Part shown: piece after piece, positions 29,168-39,973 of the stretch
How positions within the stretch are numbered: position 1 is the stretch's first letter
Layout of the letters: each line of letters begins with the position of its first letter
NCBI GenBank assembly: GCA_038063415.1
Contig: JBBTVD010000002.1
Span: 792-64,791 of the forward strand
Direction: 5' to 3'
DNA length: 64,000 nucleotides
DNA from: Patescibacteria group bacterium
GTDB taxonomy: Bacteria > Patescibacteriota > Microgenomatia > Levybacterales > UBA12049
Translations under genes and position numbers: made by a program
Notes under the pieces: model-generated
Database searches by the model: none
What the model was told of the DNA's origin: nothing
What the model saw: only the letters and a program-made list of their open reading frames with translations

Positions 29168-30862
29168 GTGGCCAATATGAATAGATTTATCTCCCGGTAT
29201 TATTTACTGATCCTTATACTTATCTTCGCTACATTTTTACGTTTTTGGCTACTCGGACAAGTTCCTGCAGGGCTACACGAAGATGAAGCAGCATATGGCT
29301 ACAATGCCTACTCCCTTCTTCTGACGGGTAACGATGAGCATGGAAAATCCTTTCCGATAGTACTCGAATCATTTGGGGAATACAAACCTGCGTTATATGC
29401 ATATCTTACGATTCCATGGATTGTAGTTTTTGACCTCACTCCCTTTGCTGTTCGTGCTACGTCAGCACTTTTTGGAGTTTTTTCTATTATTATGGTCTAT
29501 TTACTTGCAAAAAAACTGTTACAGAACACAACGATAGCGCTTATCGCGGCGGGTATGATTGCTCTTTCTCCCTGGCATTTGACGCTCTCAAGGACGACAA
29601 GTGAAGTAGTTGTCTCGGTATTCTTTCTTTTGGTATTTGTCTATGCGGCGCTTTCATTAAAAGATACCTTTAATAAATGGTGGCTAATTACCGCAGTTCT
29701 TACTGGTATATTGGCTGTAGAAAGTTATACAGCCGCTCGTTTCTTTGTTGTTGCACTCGCTGCTTTAGTTTTTGTATTTTCATTCAAAAAAACACAGAAA
29801 AAGATACTCATTAACTGGACATTATTTTCTTTGTGTCTGTTTTTTATTGTGATGGGGTTAATTATCAGCACGTTGGATTCAGCTACTCGGTTTAATCAAA
29901 TCAGCATTGTCTCCACGCCAGAAACAAAATTAGTTCTGGAAGAGCAGATACGGGAAGATGACCAAACTGAACCTTTAATAACTCGTTTTTTCCATAACAA
30001 AGTGTTAAATTATTCACGGACATTTATTGAAAACTATGAAGATTACTTTACCATTGATTATCTTTTTTTGAATGGCGGAAGTCCTGTACGGGTAGATATC
30101 CCACAAAGTGGTTTACTCTATTCCTGGCAGTTTCCCTTTTTGCTTCTTGGTATATACGTTATAGTACGTCAGCGGATATCTTGTGGATATTTCCTTTTTT
30201 CCTGGTGGCTTTTACTGCTTTTTCCAGCTGCATTCACCTTTCATGAAATACCAAATATCTATCGGTCTTTGATTGTCTTGCCAGCGCTTCTTATGATACT
30301 TTCCCTGGGAATGTATCATTGTGGGAAATATGTTTTGGAAAAGAAAGGTCATCTTTTCTCTATTGCATCTATTCTTCTTTTACTATTTGTTATATCTTTG
30401 GAATTTATCTCTTTCCAACATCAATACTACATCCATCAAGAGAAGCATCAACCTTGGTATCGAGGATATGCATTTAAAGAACTGACAATAGCTTTGCAGG
30501 AATTATCCCCAAAATACAAAAAAATGATAATAACCAAAGGAATCGGAGGCGCTTACATTTCCCTTCTCTTTTATAGAAAATATGATCCTTTGACCTATCA
30601 ACAGGAGGGGTCTCCTGGGTACGATGGGTTTGACACCTATACTTTTGTTCCTATTGATTGCTCACTTAACGCGGGGGAAAAGGGTGAAGGGAAAGTAAAA
30701 GGGGAAAAGGGTGTTTTATATGTAGATCGTGGAGATTGTATCCTGGCAAAAAAAGATGTCAAAGTACTCAAAACAATTTATTGGCAGGATGGAAATCCTG
30801 CGGTTAGATTATTAGAATATATCCCCTCAAAAGCGGTATTGCCCCCTTTCAGGGATATCTAA
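29168..30862 (+). CDS. GT-C fold glycosyltransferase (GT39/PMT_2-like)
   Basis: DEAAYGYNAYS..GNDEHG, FGEYKPALY, SPWH..SR. Confidence 0.85.
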   Translation: MANMNRFISRYYLLILILIFATFLRFWLLGQVPAGLHEDEAAYGYNAYSLLLTGNDEHGKSFPIVLESFGEYKPALYAYLTIPWIVVFDLTPFAVRATSALFGVFSIIMVYLLAKKLLQNTTIALIAAGMIALSPWHLTLSRTTSEVVVSVFFLLVFVYAALSLKDTFNKWWLITAVLTGILAVESYTAARFFVVALAALVFVFSFKKTQKKILINWTLFSLCLFFIVMGLIISTLDSATRFNQISIVSTPETKLVLEEQIREDDQTEPLITRFFHNKVLNYSRTFIENYEDYFTIDYLFLNGGSPVRVDIPQSGLLYSWQFPFLLLGIYVIVRQRISCGYFLFSWWLLLLFPAAFTFHEIPNIYRSLIVLPALLMILSLGMYHCGKYVLEKKGHLFSIASILLLLFVISLEFISFQHQYYIHQEKHQPWYRGYAFKELTIALQELSPKYKKMIITKGIGGAYISLLFYRKYDPLTYQQEGSPGYDGFDTYTFVPIDCSLNAGEKGEGKVKGEKGVLYVDRGDCILAKKDVKVLKTIYWQDGNPAVRLLEYIPSKAVLPPFRDI

Positions 30863-30930
30863 AGGGTGGCTGGAAGAATTACAAGGGGTAGGCATTTGTA
30901 CGCTTATAGGAAATGATGTATAATAAATGT

Positions 30931-31167
30931 ATGGCTCATCAAATTCTCCCACCATATATTACACAATATTTTTGGGGAGATAACCTCACACAGCTTGACT
31001 TGGAGAAAAATCAAAAATATATTATAGAAACACTTCTTGAAAGAGGAGATAGTCATGCGCTACATTGGTTGTTCTCACACGTTGATAAACAAACAATAAT
31101 TCATTTTTTGCCCAAGTTAAAATTAGGTAAAAAATCAGAACATTTCTGGAATATCTATTTTGCTTAA
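30931..31167 (+). CDS. Small antitoxin-like protein (DUF6922-like) paired with the AbiEii gene
   Basis: YFWG...LD...KYIIE.LLERGD...W...FW pattern; TATAAT 6 nt before ATG. Confidence 0.7.
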   Translation: MAHQILPPYITQYFWGDNLTQLDLEKNQKYIIETLLERGDSHALHWLFSHVDKQTIIHFLPKLKLGKKSEHFWNIYFA

Positions 31168-31168
31168 T

Positions 31169-31792
31169 ATGCAACTCTACACAGATACTTTGCCGAAATC
31201 AACAGCAGCTGTTCTTGAGAAGATCAAGGGAATAAATAAATTAAAAAGTTTTTATTTAAGTGGAGGGACAGCCCTTTCCTTGCAACTTGGTCATCGAGAG
31301 TCGGAAGACTTAGACTTCTTTATACAAAATACCTTTAATCCTGAAGTGCTTCAACAAGAGCTTCTACAACAAGGCAAATTAGAGCAGGTAATGATTGATG
31401 AAGGCACCTTGAATGCATTTATGGATAGTGTAAAATTGCAGTTCTTATTTTATCCATATGACTTACTCGAAAAATCGAAAGAATGGAATGGTATTTATCT
31501 TTCTTCAGTGATTGATATTGCTTGCACAAAATTAGTAACTGTTTCTATGCGTGGCAGTAAAAAAGATTTTATTGACATATATGTTATTTTACAGAAGGTA
31601 TCCTTAGCTGATTTATTTCAGAAGCTACATGAGAAATACAAAAATGTTGGGTATAATGAGCCTCATCTTTTAAAATCACTCGTTTATTTCGATGATGCAG
31701 ATGTACAACCTATGCCCAAAATGCACATCTCTCTTGAATGGGAAACAGTTAAAAATTTTATAGTTAAGGAAGTCAAAAAGATCACTTTTTGA
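31169..31792 (+). CDS. AbiEii/AbiGii-family nucleotidyltransferase toxin
   Basis: FYLSGGTALSLQLGHRESEDLDFF, K, RG.KKDFIDIY, SLVYFDDA. Confidence 0.85.
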   Translation: MQLYTDTLPKSTAAVLEKIKGINKLKSFYLSGGTALSLQLGHRESEDLDFFIQNTFNPEVLQQELLQQGKLEQVMIDEGTLNAFMDSVKLQFLFYPYDLLEKSKEWNGIYLSSVIDIACTKLVTVSMRGSKKDFIDIYVILQKVSLADLFQKLHEKYKNVGYNEPHLLKSLVYFDDADVQPMPKMHISLEWETVKNFIVKEVKKITF

Positions 31793-31796
31793 TTAC

Positions 31797-32525
31797 TTAC
31801 TTTTCCTTTTTTCTTCCTCTCTGATATATTGCAGTAGCAAAATGGTCAAAAATAGGCATTAACTTTTTATCCATATTAGGATGACATTGAGCGCCAAAAC
31901 AAAAGACTCCTTCAGCCTCGATAAATTCAACAACGCCCATTGGTGATAGACCTGAAATTTTCATGCGGTTTCCAGGATTTCGAATACCTTGATGATGTAA
32001 TGAATTAACGTCTTTTAGTAATTCTGTTTGAAAAATTTCGTATGCTTTTGTCCCAGGTTCGATAAGGATATCGTGATAAGCAATTTTTTTCGAGGCATCT
32101 TTTTCCTCTATAGAAACACCGTGGATTTCTTCAGGGAATGCTTCCGGAAGATGTTGATAGAGATCCCCACCTGATGCTACGACGAGCAACTGAGCGCCTC
32201 GACAAGTGCCTAAAATAGGCTTGTCTTCACTGATAGCTTCCTCAATTGATTCCGCTTGTATTTCATCAAGCAGGTCATTGATCCCCGATGTCTTCGGATG
32301 AAGAGATTGACGATATCTGTTAGGATTGACGTCCCCTCCACCGGGAATGAAAAGACCACTTACTGAACGGTGCATTTGATCACGGTCTCTTTTGGGGGTA
32401 TCCAACGCTATGAAAACCGGTACAAGCCCAACTTCTTGCAAAGCCTGAGCACAATGAACCTCATCCAAAGTTCGCCGCTTTGGATCAGAATGGATTGCAT
32501 GCATAAGCACTCTTGGTCTTTCCAT
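31797..32525 (-). CDS. Peptidase C26 / class I glutamine amidotransferase (PuuD-like)
   Basis: PGGGDV.P..Y, ILGTCRGAQ, VNSLHHQGI, GAQCHP. Confidence 0.85.
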   Translation of the reverse strand: MERPRVLMHAIHSDPKRRTLDEVHCAQALQEVGLVPVFIALDTPKRDRDQMHRSVSGLFIPGGGDVNPNRYRQSLHPKTSGINDLLDEIQAESIEEAISEDKPILGTCRGAQLLVVASGGDLYQHLPEAFPEEIHGVSIEEKDASKKIAYHDILIEPGTKAYEIFQTELLKDVNSLHHQGIRNPGNRMKISGLSPMGVVEFIEAEGVFCFGAQCHPNMDKKLMPIFDHFATAIYQRGRKKEK

Positions 32526-32608
32526 GACACAGGTTTGCTTGGCGGATATCTTTCTTATATATCTCCTAATAGAGAAAAGCAAGTAGTGATTTTTAAAGCT
32601 AACCCTGT

Positions 32609-33019
32609 TCACTGCTTAAAGTACTTCGGAAATGTATACGATAAGGTTTTTGGATGGATAATGCCAATACCAGCATATTCTTTGAGAGCAAGAAGGTCTT
32701 GATCCAAGCTTACAATGAGGTCTGCCTTTCCGGAAACAGCACATGCAAGAATCTTTGTATCATCGGGATCACGATTAAAAATTATTGTGTCGGTTACTTC
32801 TATGACATCAGCGATTTGTTTTATCTTCAGTATAAAAAATGTTGTTTGTTCTTTTGACCAATGAAATTTTGTAAGCAATTTTTTCTGAAGCTCCGTGAGG
32901 ATTTCTGGAGAAGTCAATAAAACAACAATTTTTTGATCAGCGAGTGAAATGATGTCTTGCGCAAATCCGCCTCGTAGTGCTGCGGCGATAAAGACATTAG
33001 TATCAAATACAATTCTCAT
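32609..33019 (-). CDS. PIN-domain toxin (VapC/PIN_3-like)
   Basis: VFDTNV, E, RDPDD.KIL..A..GKAD.IVS.D.DLL. Confidence 0.9.
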   Translation of the reverse strand: MRIVFDTNVFIAAALRGGFAQDIISLADQKIVVLLTSPEILTELQKKLLTKFHWSKEQTTFFILKIKQIADVIEVTDTIIFNRDPDDTKILACAVSGKADLIVSLDQDLLALKEYAGIGIIHPKTLSYTFPKYFKQ

Positions 33020-33243
33020 CCCGCAATTTTTTCAATATCATCGTATGATTCAATACCCATTTTTCTCGTCGTTTCATCTCCCCATCTTCGGACTTTTGAC
33101 CAATCTCTCTGGAATTGATAGACACGAAAAGCCTCCCGTAAGAGTTCGCTGATTGTTTTATCTTCTTCGGCTGCAAGGTCTTTAATTTTTTTCTCCAATT
33201 GAGCTGGTACAGAAATATTAATAATAGATCGTTGTAAACTCAT
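33016..33243 (-). CDS. Ribbon-helix-helix (CopG-like) antitoxin
   Basis: INISVP..L...I..LA.....ISELLREA; 4-nt overlap with the PIN gene. Confidence 0.85.
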   Translation of the reverse strand: MSLQRSIINISVPAQLEKKIKDLAAEEDKTISELLREAFRVYQFQRDWSKVRRWGDETTRKMGIESYDDIEKIAG

Positions 33244-33246
33244 ATC

Positions 33247-33283
33247 TGTAATAAATTGTATTACAAGAAGAGGCTGTTGTCAA
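33247..33283 (-). promoter_or_regulatory. TA promoter with operator palindrome
   Basis: Minus-strand TTGACA-17-TACAAT; inverted repeat TGTAATA-N5-TATTACA (33247-33265) overlaps the -10 box. Confidence 0.7.
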
Positions 33284-33334
33284 CTCTTTTCCCTTGTTTC
33301 TTCCTCTTTTGGTCTGGTACAATATGAGGACTTT

Positions 33335-34318
33335 ATGAATATTCTTGTCACGGGTGGAGCAGGGTATATCGGGAGCTTTATGGTTAAGCGTCTGATCGAT
33401 GACGGACACACCGTTATCGTAGCAGATAGCCTGGAGCGTGGACAGGAGAAAGACATCCATAAGAAAGCCATCGTCAAAGTAGGGGATCTGGCAGACAAAA
33501 CCTATCGTGACTCACTCTTCAAAGAAACGGCAATTGAAGCAATTATCCACTTTGCAGGCTACATCTCTGTTGGGGAATCTATGGAGAGCCCCTATAAATA
33601 CTTCCACAACAATGTCGCAGCAACCCTTGATCTGATCGAAGACGCCCATCGTGCTGGGGTAAACAAGATTATCTTTTCTTCCTCGGCTGCTGTCTATGGG
33701 AATCCGACACAGATCCCCATCCCGGAAGATCATCAGAAGCAACCAACGAGCGTCTATGGAGAGAGTAAACTGATGGTTGAAGATATGCTCCGTTGGTACG
33801 GGGTAACCAAAGGACTGAATTCGGTGTCACTACGTTACTTCAATGCTTGTGGCGCAGCACTCGATGGGAGTATGGGAGAAGCACATGAGCCAGAAACGCA
33901 TATCATCCCTCGAGCAATTCAGTCTCTTTTGGAAGGCAAACCGTTCACTATTTTTGGGGAGGACTACAAGACGCCTGATGGGACATGTGTCAGGGATTAT
34001 ATCCATGTCCTTGATCTGGTTGAGGCGCACGTCGTTGCTTTGAAAAAACTGGAATCAACTGAGGGAGCTTTGGCCTACAACGTAGGGACAGGCAAAGGCT
34101 ACTCCAATAAAGAAATCGTGGCAATGATTGAACAGGTCTCAGGGCAAAAAGTATCAGTTACCTTTGGTTCACGACGAGCAGGAGATCCCGATGAACTGGT
34201 TGCAGATGTATCCAAGATAAAAAACGAGTTGGGTTTTGAAGCCAAGCACTCTGATCTTAAAACCATTATAGAGTCAGCCTACACCTGGCACAAGAACCAA
34301 GCAGAATACGTTTCATGA
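33335..34318 (+). CDS. galE: UDP-glucose 4-epimerase
   Basis: GGAGYIGS, HFA, FSSSAAVYG, YGESK, LRYFN, DGTCVRDYIHV. Confidence 0.95.
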   Translation: MNILVTGGAGYIGSFMVKRLIDDGHTVIVADSLERGQEKDIHKKAIVKVGDLADKTYRDSLFKETAIEAIIHFAGYISVGESMESPYKYFHNNVAATLDLIEDAHRAGVNKIIFSSSAAVYGNPTQIPIPEDHQKQPTSVYGESKLMVEDMLRWYGVTKGLNSVSLRYFNACGAALDGSMGEAHEPETHIIPRAIQSLLEGKPFTIFGEDYKTPDGTCVRDYIHVLDLVEAHVVALKKLESTEGALAYNVGTGKGYSNKEIVAMIEQVSGQKVSVTFGSRRAGDPDELVADVSKIKNELGFEAKHSDLKTIIESAYTWHKNQAEYVS

Positions 34319-35364
34319 AGGTTGCAATTGACATTTCCCCGTTACAATCAGGACATAAAGTACGTGGTGTAGGATTCTATCTGCACTACCTCAAAGCATC
34401 TTTCCTCAAGTATTTCCCTGAGCATGACTATACTTTCTTTACGGATACGAAAGAAATTCCTGCTGACGTAGACTTGGTACATTATCCTTACTTTGACCCC
34501 TTCTTTCTGACGTTGCCACTGGTAAAGAAACATAAAACAGTAGTGACGGTACATGATCTGACGCCACTGGTCTTCCCAGAGCATTTCCCAGCTGGAATCA
34601 AGGGGACGCTGCGTTGGCAACTACAAAAAATGCTACTACGCCAAGTGGACGGGGTAATTGGGGATTCTGAAGCATCACGAAAAGATATTATCAAGATTGC
34701 AGGTGTGGATAAAGAAAAAGTATTCTCTGTCTATTTGGCAGCAGGAGAAGAGTTTAAAAAAATGGAAAATGGAAAATGGAAAATGGAAATTTTAAAAAAG
34801 TATAATCTTCCTAAAAAGTTCGTCTTATATGTGGGAGATGTTACCTGGAATAAAAATCTTCCCAATTTGGTAAGAGCAGTGCAACAAGCAGACCTGCCAT
34901 TGGTAATGGTGGGGAAATCGCTTGCAACAGAGACATTTGATCACACTAATCCCTGGAACGCGAATCTGGTCGAATTTCATGAGCTGATAAAAAACGATAA
35001 GCGAATCATTCGTTTGGGATTCATCCCGACTGAAGATGTCGTTGCCCTTTATAATAGTGCAACGGTTTTTGCTTTCCCGTCACTGTATGAAGGCTTTGGT
35101 CTGCCGGTTATTGAAGCGATGCAATCTGGCTGCCCGGTTGTAACGACCAAAGGAGGTTCGCTTGCCGCGGTTGCTGGAGACGCTGCATTTTTTGTTGATG
35201 GGTATGACGTCAACAGTATTGCCGATGGCATGAATAAAGTTTTTTCAGACAAGCATATGCAACAGGATTTAATAGCAAAAGGATTAAAGCAAGCAAGTAC
35301 CTTTAGTTGGCAAAAGACAGCATCCGAGACCATTCAAGTCTACCAAAATGTGCTACAATCCTAA
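34315..35364 (+). CDS. GT4 glycosyltransferase (WbaZ/MtfA-like)
   Basis: RGVGFY, TVHDL.P, KN, PSLYEGFGLPVIEAM. Confidence 0.9.
   Translation: MKVAIDISPLQSGHKVRGVGFYLHYLKASFLKYFPEHDYTFFTDTKEIPADVDLVHYPYFDPFFLTLPLVKKHKTVVTVHDLTPLVFPEHFPAGIKGTLRWQLQKMLLRQVDGVIGDSEASRKDIIKIAGVDKEKVFSVYLAAGEEFKKMENGKWKMEILKKYNLPKKFVLYVGDVTWNKNLPNLVRAVQQADLPLVMVGKSLATETFDHTNPWNANLVEFHELIKNDKRIIRLGFIPTEDVVALYNSATVFAFPSLYEGFGLPVIEAMQSGCPVVTTKGGSLAAVAGDAAFFVDGYDVNSIADGMNKVFSDKHMQQDLIAKGLKQASTFSWQKTASETIQVYQNVLQS
34759..34786 (+). repeat. 7-bp tandem repeat (AAAATGG)x4 inside GT4
   Basis: Read directly; encodes KMENGKWKME in the inter-domain linker. Confidence 0.9.
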
Positions 35365-35365
35365 T

Positions 35366-36646
35366 ATGCGAGAGAAGGTCAAAAAAGTTGTTGGACACCC
35401 ACTTATTTCAGGCAGTGCAGTTGTTTTTGTTGGCTCACTAGCGGCAAACGTATTTAATTTTCTTTTTAACCTTTTTATGAATTGGAATTTAAGTGTAGTT
35501 GATTATGGTATTTTGATTAGTCTTATCTCGCTTACAACCCTTCCTCCAATGCTACTAACCTCAATTATTCCAACGACAGTTATTTTCGCAGCAGGTTATA
35601 TTTCTAAAAGTGAATACGATAAAGCAAAAGGATTCTATCTAAAGATGAATAATATAATCCTTCTTATAGCGAGTGTTTTTTGTTTGTTATTTATCTTATT
35701 CGCAAAAAACATTGCCGATTTTGTACATATTGAGAATAATTTTCTTTTTATTCCTTTTTCAGGGATTATTGTTTTCTTGAGCTTTATAGTGCTCGTTAAC
35801 ATGGCCTTTCTTCAGGCCAAACTTTCTTTTCGATTCATTTCACTCACGACATTTTTGGGTGGATTCATTAGATTTGCTCTTGGACTCGTGATGGTAGTTG
35901 TCGGTTTTGGGGTCGGAGGAGTGCTTGTCGGGATAATTATTACCGGAATGATTAGTTATTTGTTGAGCTTTATTCCATTGCGTACTATCTTGCAATCTCA
36001 AGCAAAACCAGTTCATGTCACCTTGAAAGAGATCGGTGGATACGCTATCCCTGCAACACTTGCTTTATTTGGTATTACGTCATTTATCACCTCAGATATC
36101 CTTTTAGTTAAGCACTTTTTTTCCTCACATGATGCTGGATTGTATGCGGGGCTAGCACTTGTTGGAAAAGTAGTCTTCTATTTTTCAGCTCCAATAGGTA
36201 TGGTGATGTTCCCGCTTGCTGTCAGAAAGTACGTGCAGCAGGAAAAATATCATATGCTCCTTATCTCCTCATTACTGTTAGTACTCATTCCTTCTTTTTT
36301 TATTACCTCTTTCTATTTTATAGCTCCAGAATTTACAATAAAATTTTTCTTTAAAAAGGAAGAATATCTTGCCATTGCTGACAAAATTGGCCTGTTTGGT
36401 GTTTATATGACTGTCTATTCTCTTCTTTCTCTTTTAACCAATTTTTACTTGTCTATTAAAAAAACGAAGGTATTTATTCCGATTTTGCTTGGTGCAATTT
36501 TGCAAGTAGTACTTCTTTGGTTTTTTCACACGTCACTCTTTCAAGTTATACTTATTTCACTTATAATTACTAGTGTTTTATTGTGTTTACTTCTCGCTTT
36601 TTTCCTAAAAACAATCTTTTTTTCCAAAACTAATTACGGTGAATAA
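35366..36646 (+). CDS. wzx: Wzx-type flippase
   Basis: Multi-TM; D.LLVKHFF...AGLYA...GK motif. Confidence 0.8.
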   Translation: MREKVKKVVGHPLISGSAVVFVGSLAANVFNFLFNLFMNWNLSVVDYGILISLISLTTLPPMLLTSIIPTTVIFAAGYISKSEYDKAKGFYLKMNNIILLIASVFCLLFILFAKNIADFVHIENNFLFIPFSGIIVFLSFIVLVNMAFLQAKLSFRFISLTTFLGGFIRFALGLVMVVVGFGVGGVLVGIIITGMISYLLSFIPLRTILQSQAKPVHVTLKEIGGYAIPATLALFGITSFITSDILLVKHFFSSHDAGLYAGLALVGKVVFYFSAPIGMVMFPLAVRKYVQQEKYHMLLISSLLLVLIPSFFITSFYFIAPEFTIKFFFKKEEYLAIADKIGLFGVYMTVYSLLSLLTNFYLSIKKTKVFIPILLGAILQVVLLWFFHTSLFQVILISLIITSVLLCLLLAFFLKTIFFSKTNYGE

Positions 36647-36647
36647 A

Positions 36648-37412
36648 ATGGGACAAAAACTAAAACTAGTATCATTGATAATTCCTGCATATAAGCAGGA
36701 AAGAACAATAGAAAGGGACTTGAAACGTATCGTTAAGGTGATGGATCAGATTCGTTATAATTACGAGATTATTGTCGTTGTTGATGGCGAATTAGATAAT
36801 ACGACTAACATTATTAAAAAAATCAAATTACCTAGAGTAATTGTGACAGGATATGGAGAAAATCATGGAAAAGGGTATGCTATCCGTTATGGTATGCAAA
36901 AGGCTTCGGGTGATATTATTGCCTTTATCGATTCCGGTATGGATATTAACCCAAACGGTTTATCTATGCTGTTAGAGCATTTTGAATGGTACCATGCAGA
37001 TATTATTGTTGGATCAAAATTACATCCAGTATCCAAGATCCATTATCCAATGCAAAGAAGAGTTCTTTCTTGGGGATATCGACTACTCGTAAAAATACTC
37101 TTCGGTTTAAAGATACGAGATACACAAGCCGGCTTAAAGTTCTATAAGCGAGAAGTCCTTGAAGACGTTCTTCCGCGACTTGTTGTCGAGAAGTATGCCT
37201 TTGATATTGAACTGCTTGCTGTTGCTTATAGTTTGGGTTATAAACGGATTTATGAAGCACCTATTGAGTTAGATTTTACGGGCTACTCTTCAATTACTTC
37301 AAAAAACTTTTGGCATACTGTAACAAATATGGTGATTGATACCTTTATCGTTTTCTATAGACTTAAGATTAGAAAATGTTATAATAGAAGGAAGAATGCT
37401 GCATATGCTTGA
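36648..37412 (+). CDS. GT2 polyprenol-phosphate glycosyltransferase (Dol-P-Glc synthase-like)
   Basis: [29 protein letters not shown]. Confidence 0.85.
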   Translation: MGQKLKLVSLIIPAYKQERTIERDLKRIVKVMDQIRYNYEIIVVVDGELDNTTNIIKKIKLPRVIVTGYGENHGKGYAIRYGMQKASGDIIAFIDSGMDINPNGLSMLLEHFEWYHADIIVGSKLHPVSKIHYPMQRRVLSWGYRLLVKILFGLKIRDTQAGLKFYKREVLEDVLPRLVVEKYAFDIELLAVAYSLGYKRIYEAPIELDFTGYSSITSKNFWHTVTNMVIDTFIVFYRLKIRKCYNRRKNAAYA

Positions 37413-38343
37413 TCTTTCAAAAAATACTATACTTGTAACCGGGGGAGATGGTTTCCTTGGCAAACAAGTAGTCAAAAAACTTATCCTGCATGGAGCAAAA
37501 AAGGAGAACATACGAATTCCGAAATCAAAAGAGTATGATTTGAGAGAAAAAGAAAATTGTGAGAAAGTTATAAAAGACATAGATATCGTTATCCATCTTG
37601 CGGCAAATGTCGGTGGGATTGGTTACAATCAGGAAAAACCTGGTGATTTGTTTTATGACAATGTCCTGATGGGCGCTTTTTTACTTGAAGCCTCGCGAAA
37701 AGTCCCAGTAAAAAAATTTGTCGGCATTGGTACCGTTTGTGCGTATCCCAAATACACACCAGTTCCTTTCAAAGAAGAAGATTTATGGAATGGCTATCCG
37801 GAGGAGACAAATGCTCCATATGGCCTAGCCAAAAAAATGCTTCTCGTTCAAGGACAAGCATATAGACAACAATATGGCCTCAATGCGATTTATCTTTTGC
37901 CTGTTAACTTATATGGTCCACATGACAACTTTGATCCCAAATCCTCTCATGTTATACCTGCGCTAATTAGAAAGTTTATTGAGGCAAAAAATAATAATGT
38001 CCCTGAAGTTATTGTCTGGGGAACAGGAAAAGCAACACGAGAATTTTTGTTTGTCGAAGATGCGGCAGAGGCAATTGTTCTCGCGACAGAAAAATACGAT
38101 AAAGAAGAACCAGTAAATATAGGATCATCATTTGAGATAACAATCAAAGATTTGGTTACGTTAATTAAAAAGATTGTTGGGTATAAGGGAAAAGTAGTTT
38201 GGGATGCTTCAAAGCCTGATGGTCAACCACGAAGAAAGCTAGACACAAGTAAGGCGGAAAAAGAATTTGGTTTTCGATCAAAGACCAAATTTGAAGAAGG
38301 GTTGAAAATGACGATTGATTGGTATCGTGAGAAAACAAAATGA
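37405..38343 (+). CDS. fcl: GDP-L-fucose synthase
   Basis: [58 protein letters not shown]. Confidence 0.9.
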   Translation: MLDLSKNTILVTGGDGFLGKQVVKKLILHGAKKENIRIPKSKEYDLREKENCEKVIKDIDIVIHLAANVGGIGYNQEKPGDLFYDNVLMGAFLLEASRKVPVKKFVGIGTVCAYPKYTPVPFKEEDLWNGYPEETNAPYGLAKKMLLVQGQAYRQQYGLNAIYLLPVNLYGPHDNFDPKSSHVIPALIRKFIEAKNNNVPEVIVWGTGKATREFLFVEDAAEAIVLATEKYDKEEPVNIGSSFEITIKDLVTLIKKIVGYKGKVVWDASKPDGQPRRKLDTSKAEKEFGFRSKTKFEEGLKMTIDWYREKTK

Positions 38344-39143
38344 AAAAAGTAATAGTGATTTCCGGATGCTCCTCCGGTTTAGGGAAATATATCGCAGAGA
38401 AACTGGAGAGTAAAGGCAACAAGATATTCGCTGGAATTCGAGACGAAGAAGCAATAAAAGAACTCTCCAAAATATGGAAAAAAGAAGGAAAAGATATTAC
38501 TCCTATAAAGCTTGACGTTACCAATGATGAGGTCTGTCAAAAAGCTGTCAAAAAGATTCTCCAACATGGAAAGCGGATTGATGTTGTGATTAACAATGCG
38601 GCCTCTGTCTTGGTTGGTCCCGCGAGTGAACAGACAAGTCAAAACTTTTTAGATATTTTAAATACCAATACTGTTGGTGCATTTCGTCTGACCAAATATG
38701 TTTTACCCTCTATGAAAGAACAGAAAGGAGGCAAAATAATCAATATTACTTCGCTGAATGGAATCCTTGCATTACCAAATTTTGCCATGTATTGCTCCTC
38801 AAAATTTGCGCTAGAAGCTCTCGGTCTTGCGTGGCGATATGAAGTCGCTAGGGATAATATTTGGATTACTAGTCTTGCTCCAGGAGCAATTATGAATCCT
38901 GATGAACATAAAAAAAAGAAAATGCCACATAAACCAGCTCGTGAAAAATTTTTCATTCTCAAATTACTTATGCCATTTTTGACCTACGAGAAGATTACAA
39001 ATAAAATCGAATCAATCATTAATCAATCGAATCCTCCTGCGGAAGTTATCATGGGAGCAGATGCATTTATCACATCGAACTTACAAAGATTTTTGCCTAG
39101 AAATATTTGGGATAGATTGGTATTATACGTTTGGAATAAATGA
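38340..39143 (+). CDS. Short-chain dehydrogenase/reductase
   Basis: [16 protein letters not shown]. Confidence 0.85.
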   Translation: MKKVIVISGCSSGLGKYIAEKLESKGNKIFAGIRDEEAIKELSKIWKKEGKDITPIKLDVTNDEVCQKAVKKILQHGKRIDVVINNAASVLVGPASEQTSQNFLDILNTNTVGAFRLTKYVLPSMKEQKGGKIINITSLNGILALPNFAMYCSSKFALEALGLAWRYEVARDNIWITSLAPGAIMNPDEHKKKKMPHKPAREKFFILKLLMPFLTYEKITNKIESIINQSNPPAEVIMGADAFITSNLQRFLPRNIWDRLVLYVWNK

Positions 39144-39973
39144 AAAGAGTAACAAAACCGTTAGTAACCGTTTTAATGGCCGCATATAATTCTGAGAAAT
39201 ATATTGCTCAAGCTATCGAGAGTATTTTGCACCAATCGTTGAAAGATTTTGAATTAGTGATCATTGATGATTGCTCTCGAGATGCTACGTGGGAAGTAAT
39301 CCAAAAATATGCAAAAAAAGATGCCAGAATTACCTCCTACCGTAATAAAACAAATCTCAAAAGCTGTCAGACGTTGATTAATGGGATGAAATTGGCAAAA
39401 GGAAGATATATAGCTATAATGGATCACGACGATTGGTCATACCCAGATAGGCTTGAGAAACAATATGCCTTTCTTGAGAGGCATCCTCGTGTGGGAATTG
39501 TCGGAGGAACATTGGAAATCACTGACGAAAAAGGGGAAATAACCTCAGAAAGGAGATATAATCTTACGGACAGGCCTATAAGAGAAAAGATTTTTAGATA
39601 TAGCCCTTATGCTCATCCGCTCATTATGATACGAAGATCAGTCTTACAAAAAATTGGGTATTATAATCCAAGTTTTGCTCCAGCTGACGATTATGAGCTT
39701 TATTTTCGGATTGGAGAGATTGCAGAATTTGCTAACCTTCCGGATAAATTGGTGAAATATAGAGTGCTGTTAAATTCGATAACCAATAAATCGACAAAAA
39801 AGATGGAGCTTAAAACTATACAGGTAAGAAATACGTATAAAAATACCCGTTCCTATACCATGAGTAAAAGTGATAAAATATATAACATGCTTCATTATTT
39901 TTCTCTATTTATCATTCCAGAGAAACTTAAGTTGCGTCTTTTCAATATATTAAGAAATAGTAGAGTAAACTAA
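39140..39973 (+). CDS. GT2 glycosyltransferase
   Basis: AYNSE, DDCS.D, MDHDD, RL.KQ, DDYEL. Confidence 0.9.
   Translation: MKRVTKPLVTVLMAAYNSEKYIAQAIESILHQSLKDFELVIIDDCSRDATWEVIQKYAKKDARITSYRNKTNLKSCQTLINGMKLAKGRYIAIMDHDDWSYPDRLEKQYAFLERHPRVGIVGGTLEITDEKGEITSERRYNLTDRPIREKIFRYSPYAHPLIMIRRSVLQKIGYYNPSFAPADDYELYFRIGEIAEFANLPDKLVKYRVLLNSITNKSTKKMELKTIQVRNTYKNTRSYTMSKSDKIYNMLHYFSLFIIPEKLKLRLFNILRNSRVN

Noticed and set aside
30841-30870. Hairpin containing GGGTGG as a seventh REP
   Set aside because: Lacks the GGTGTAAA head and the fixed spacing; at most a weak terminator-like stem
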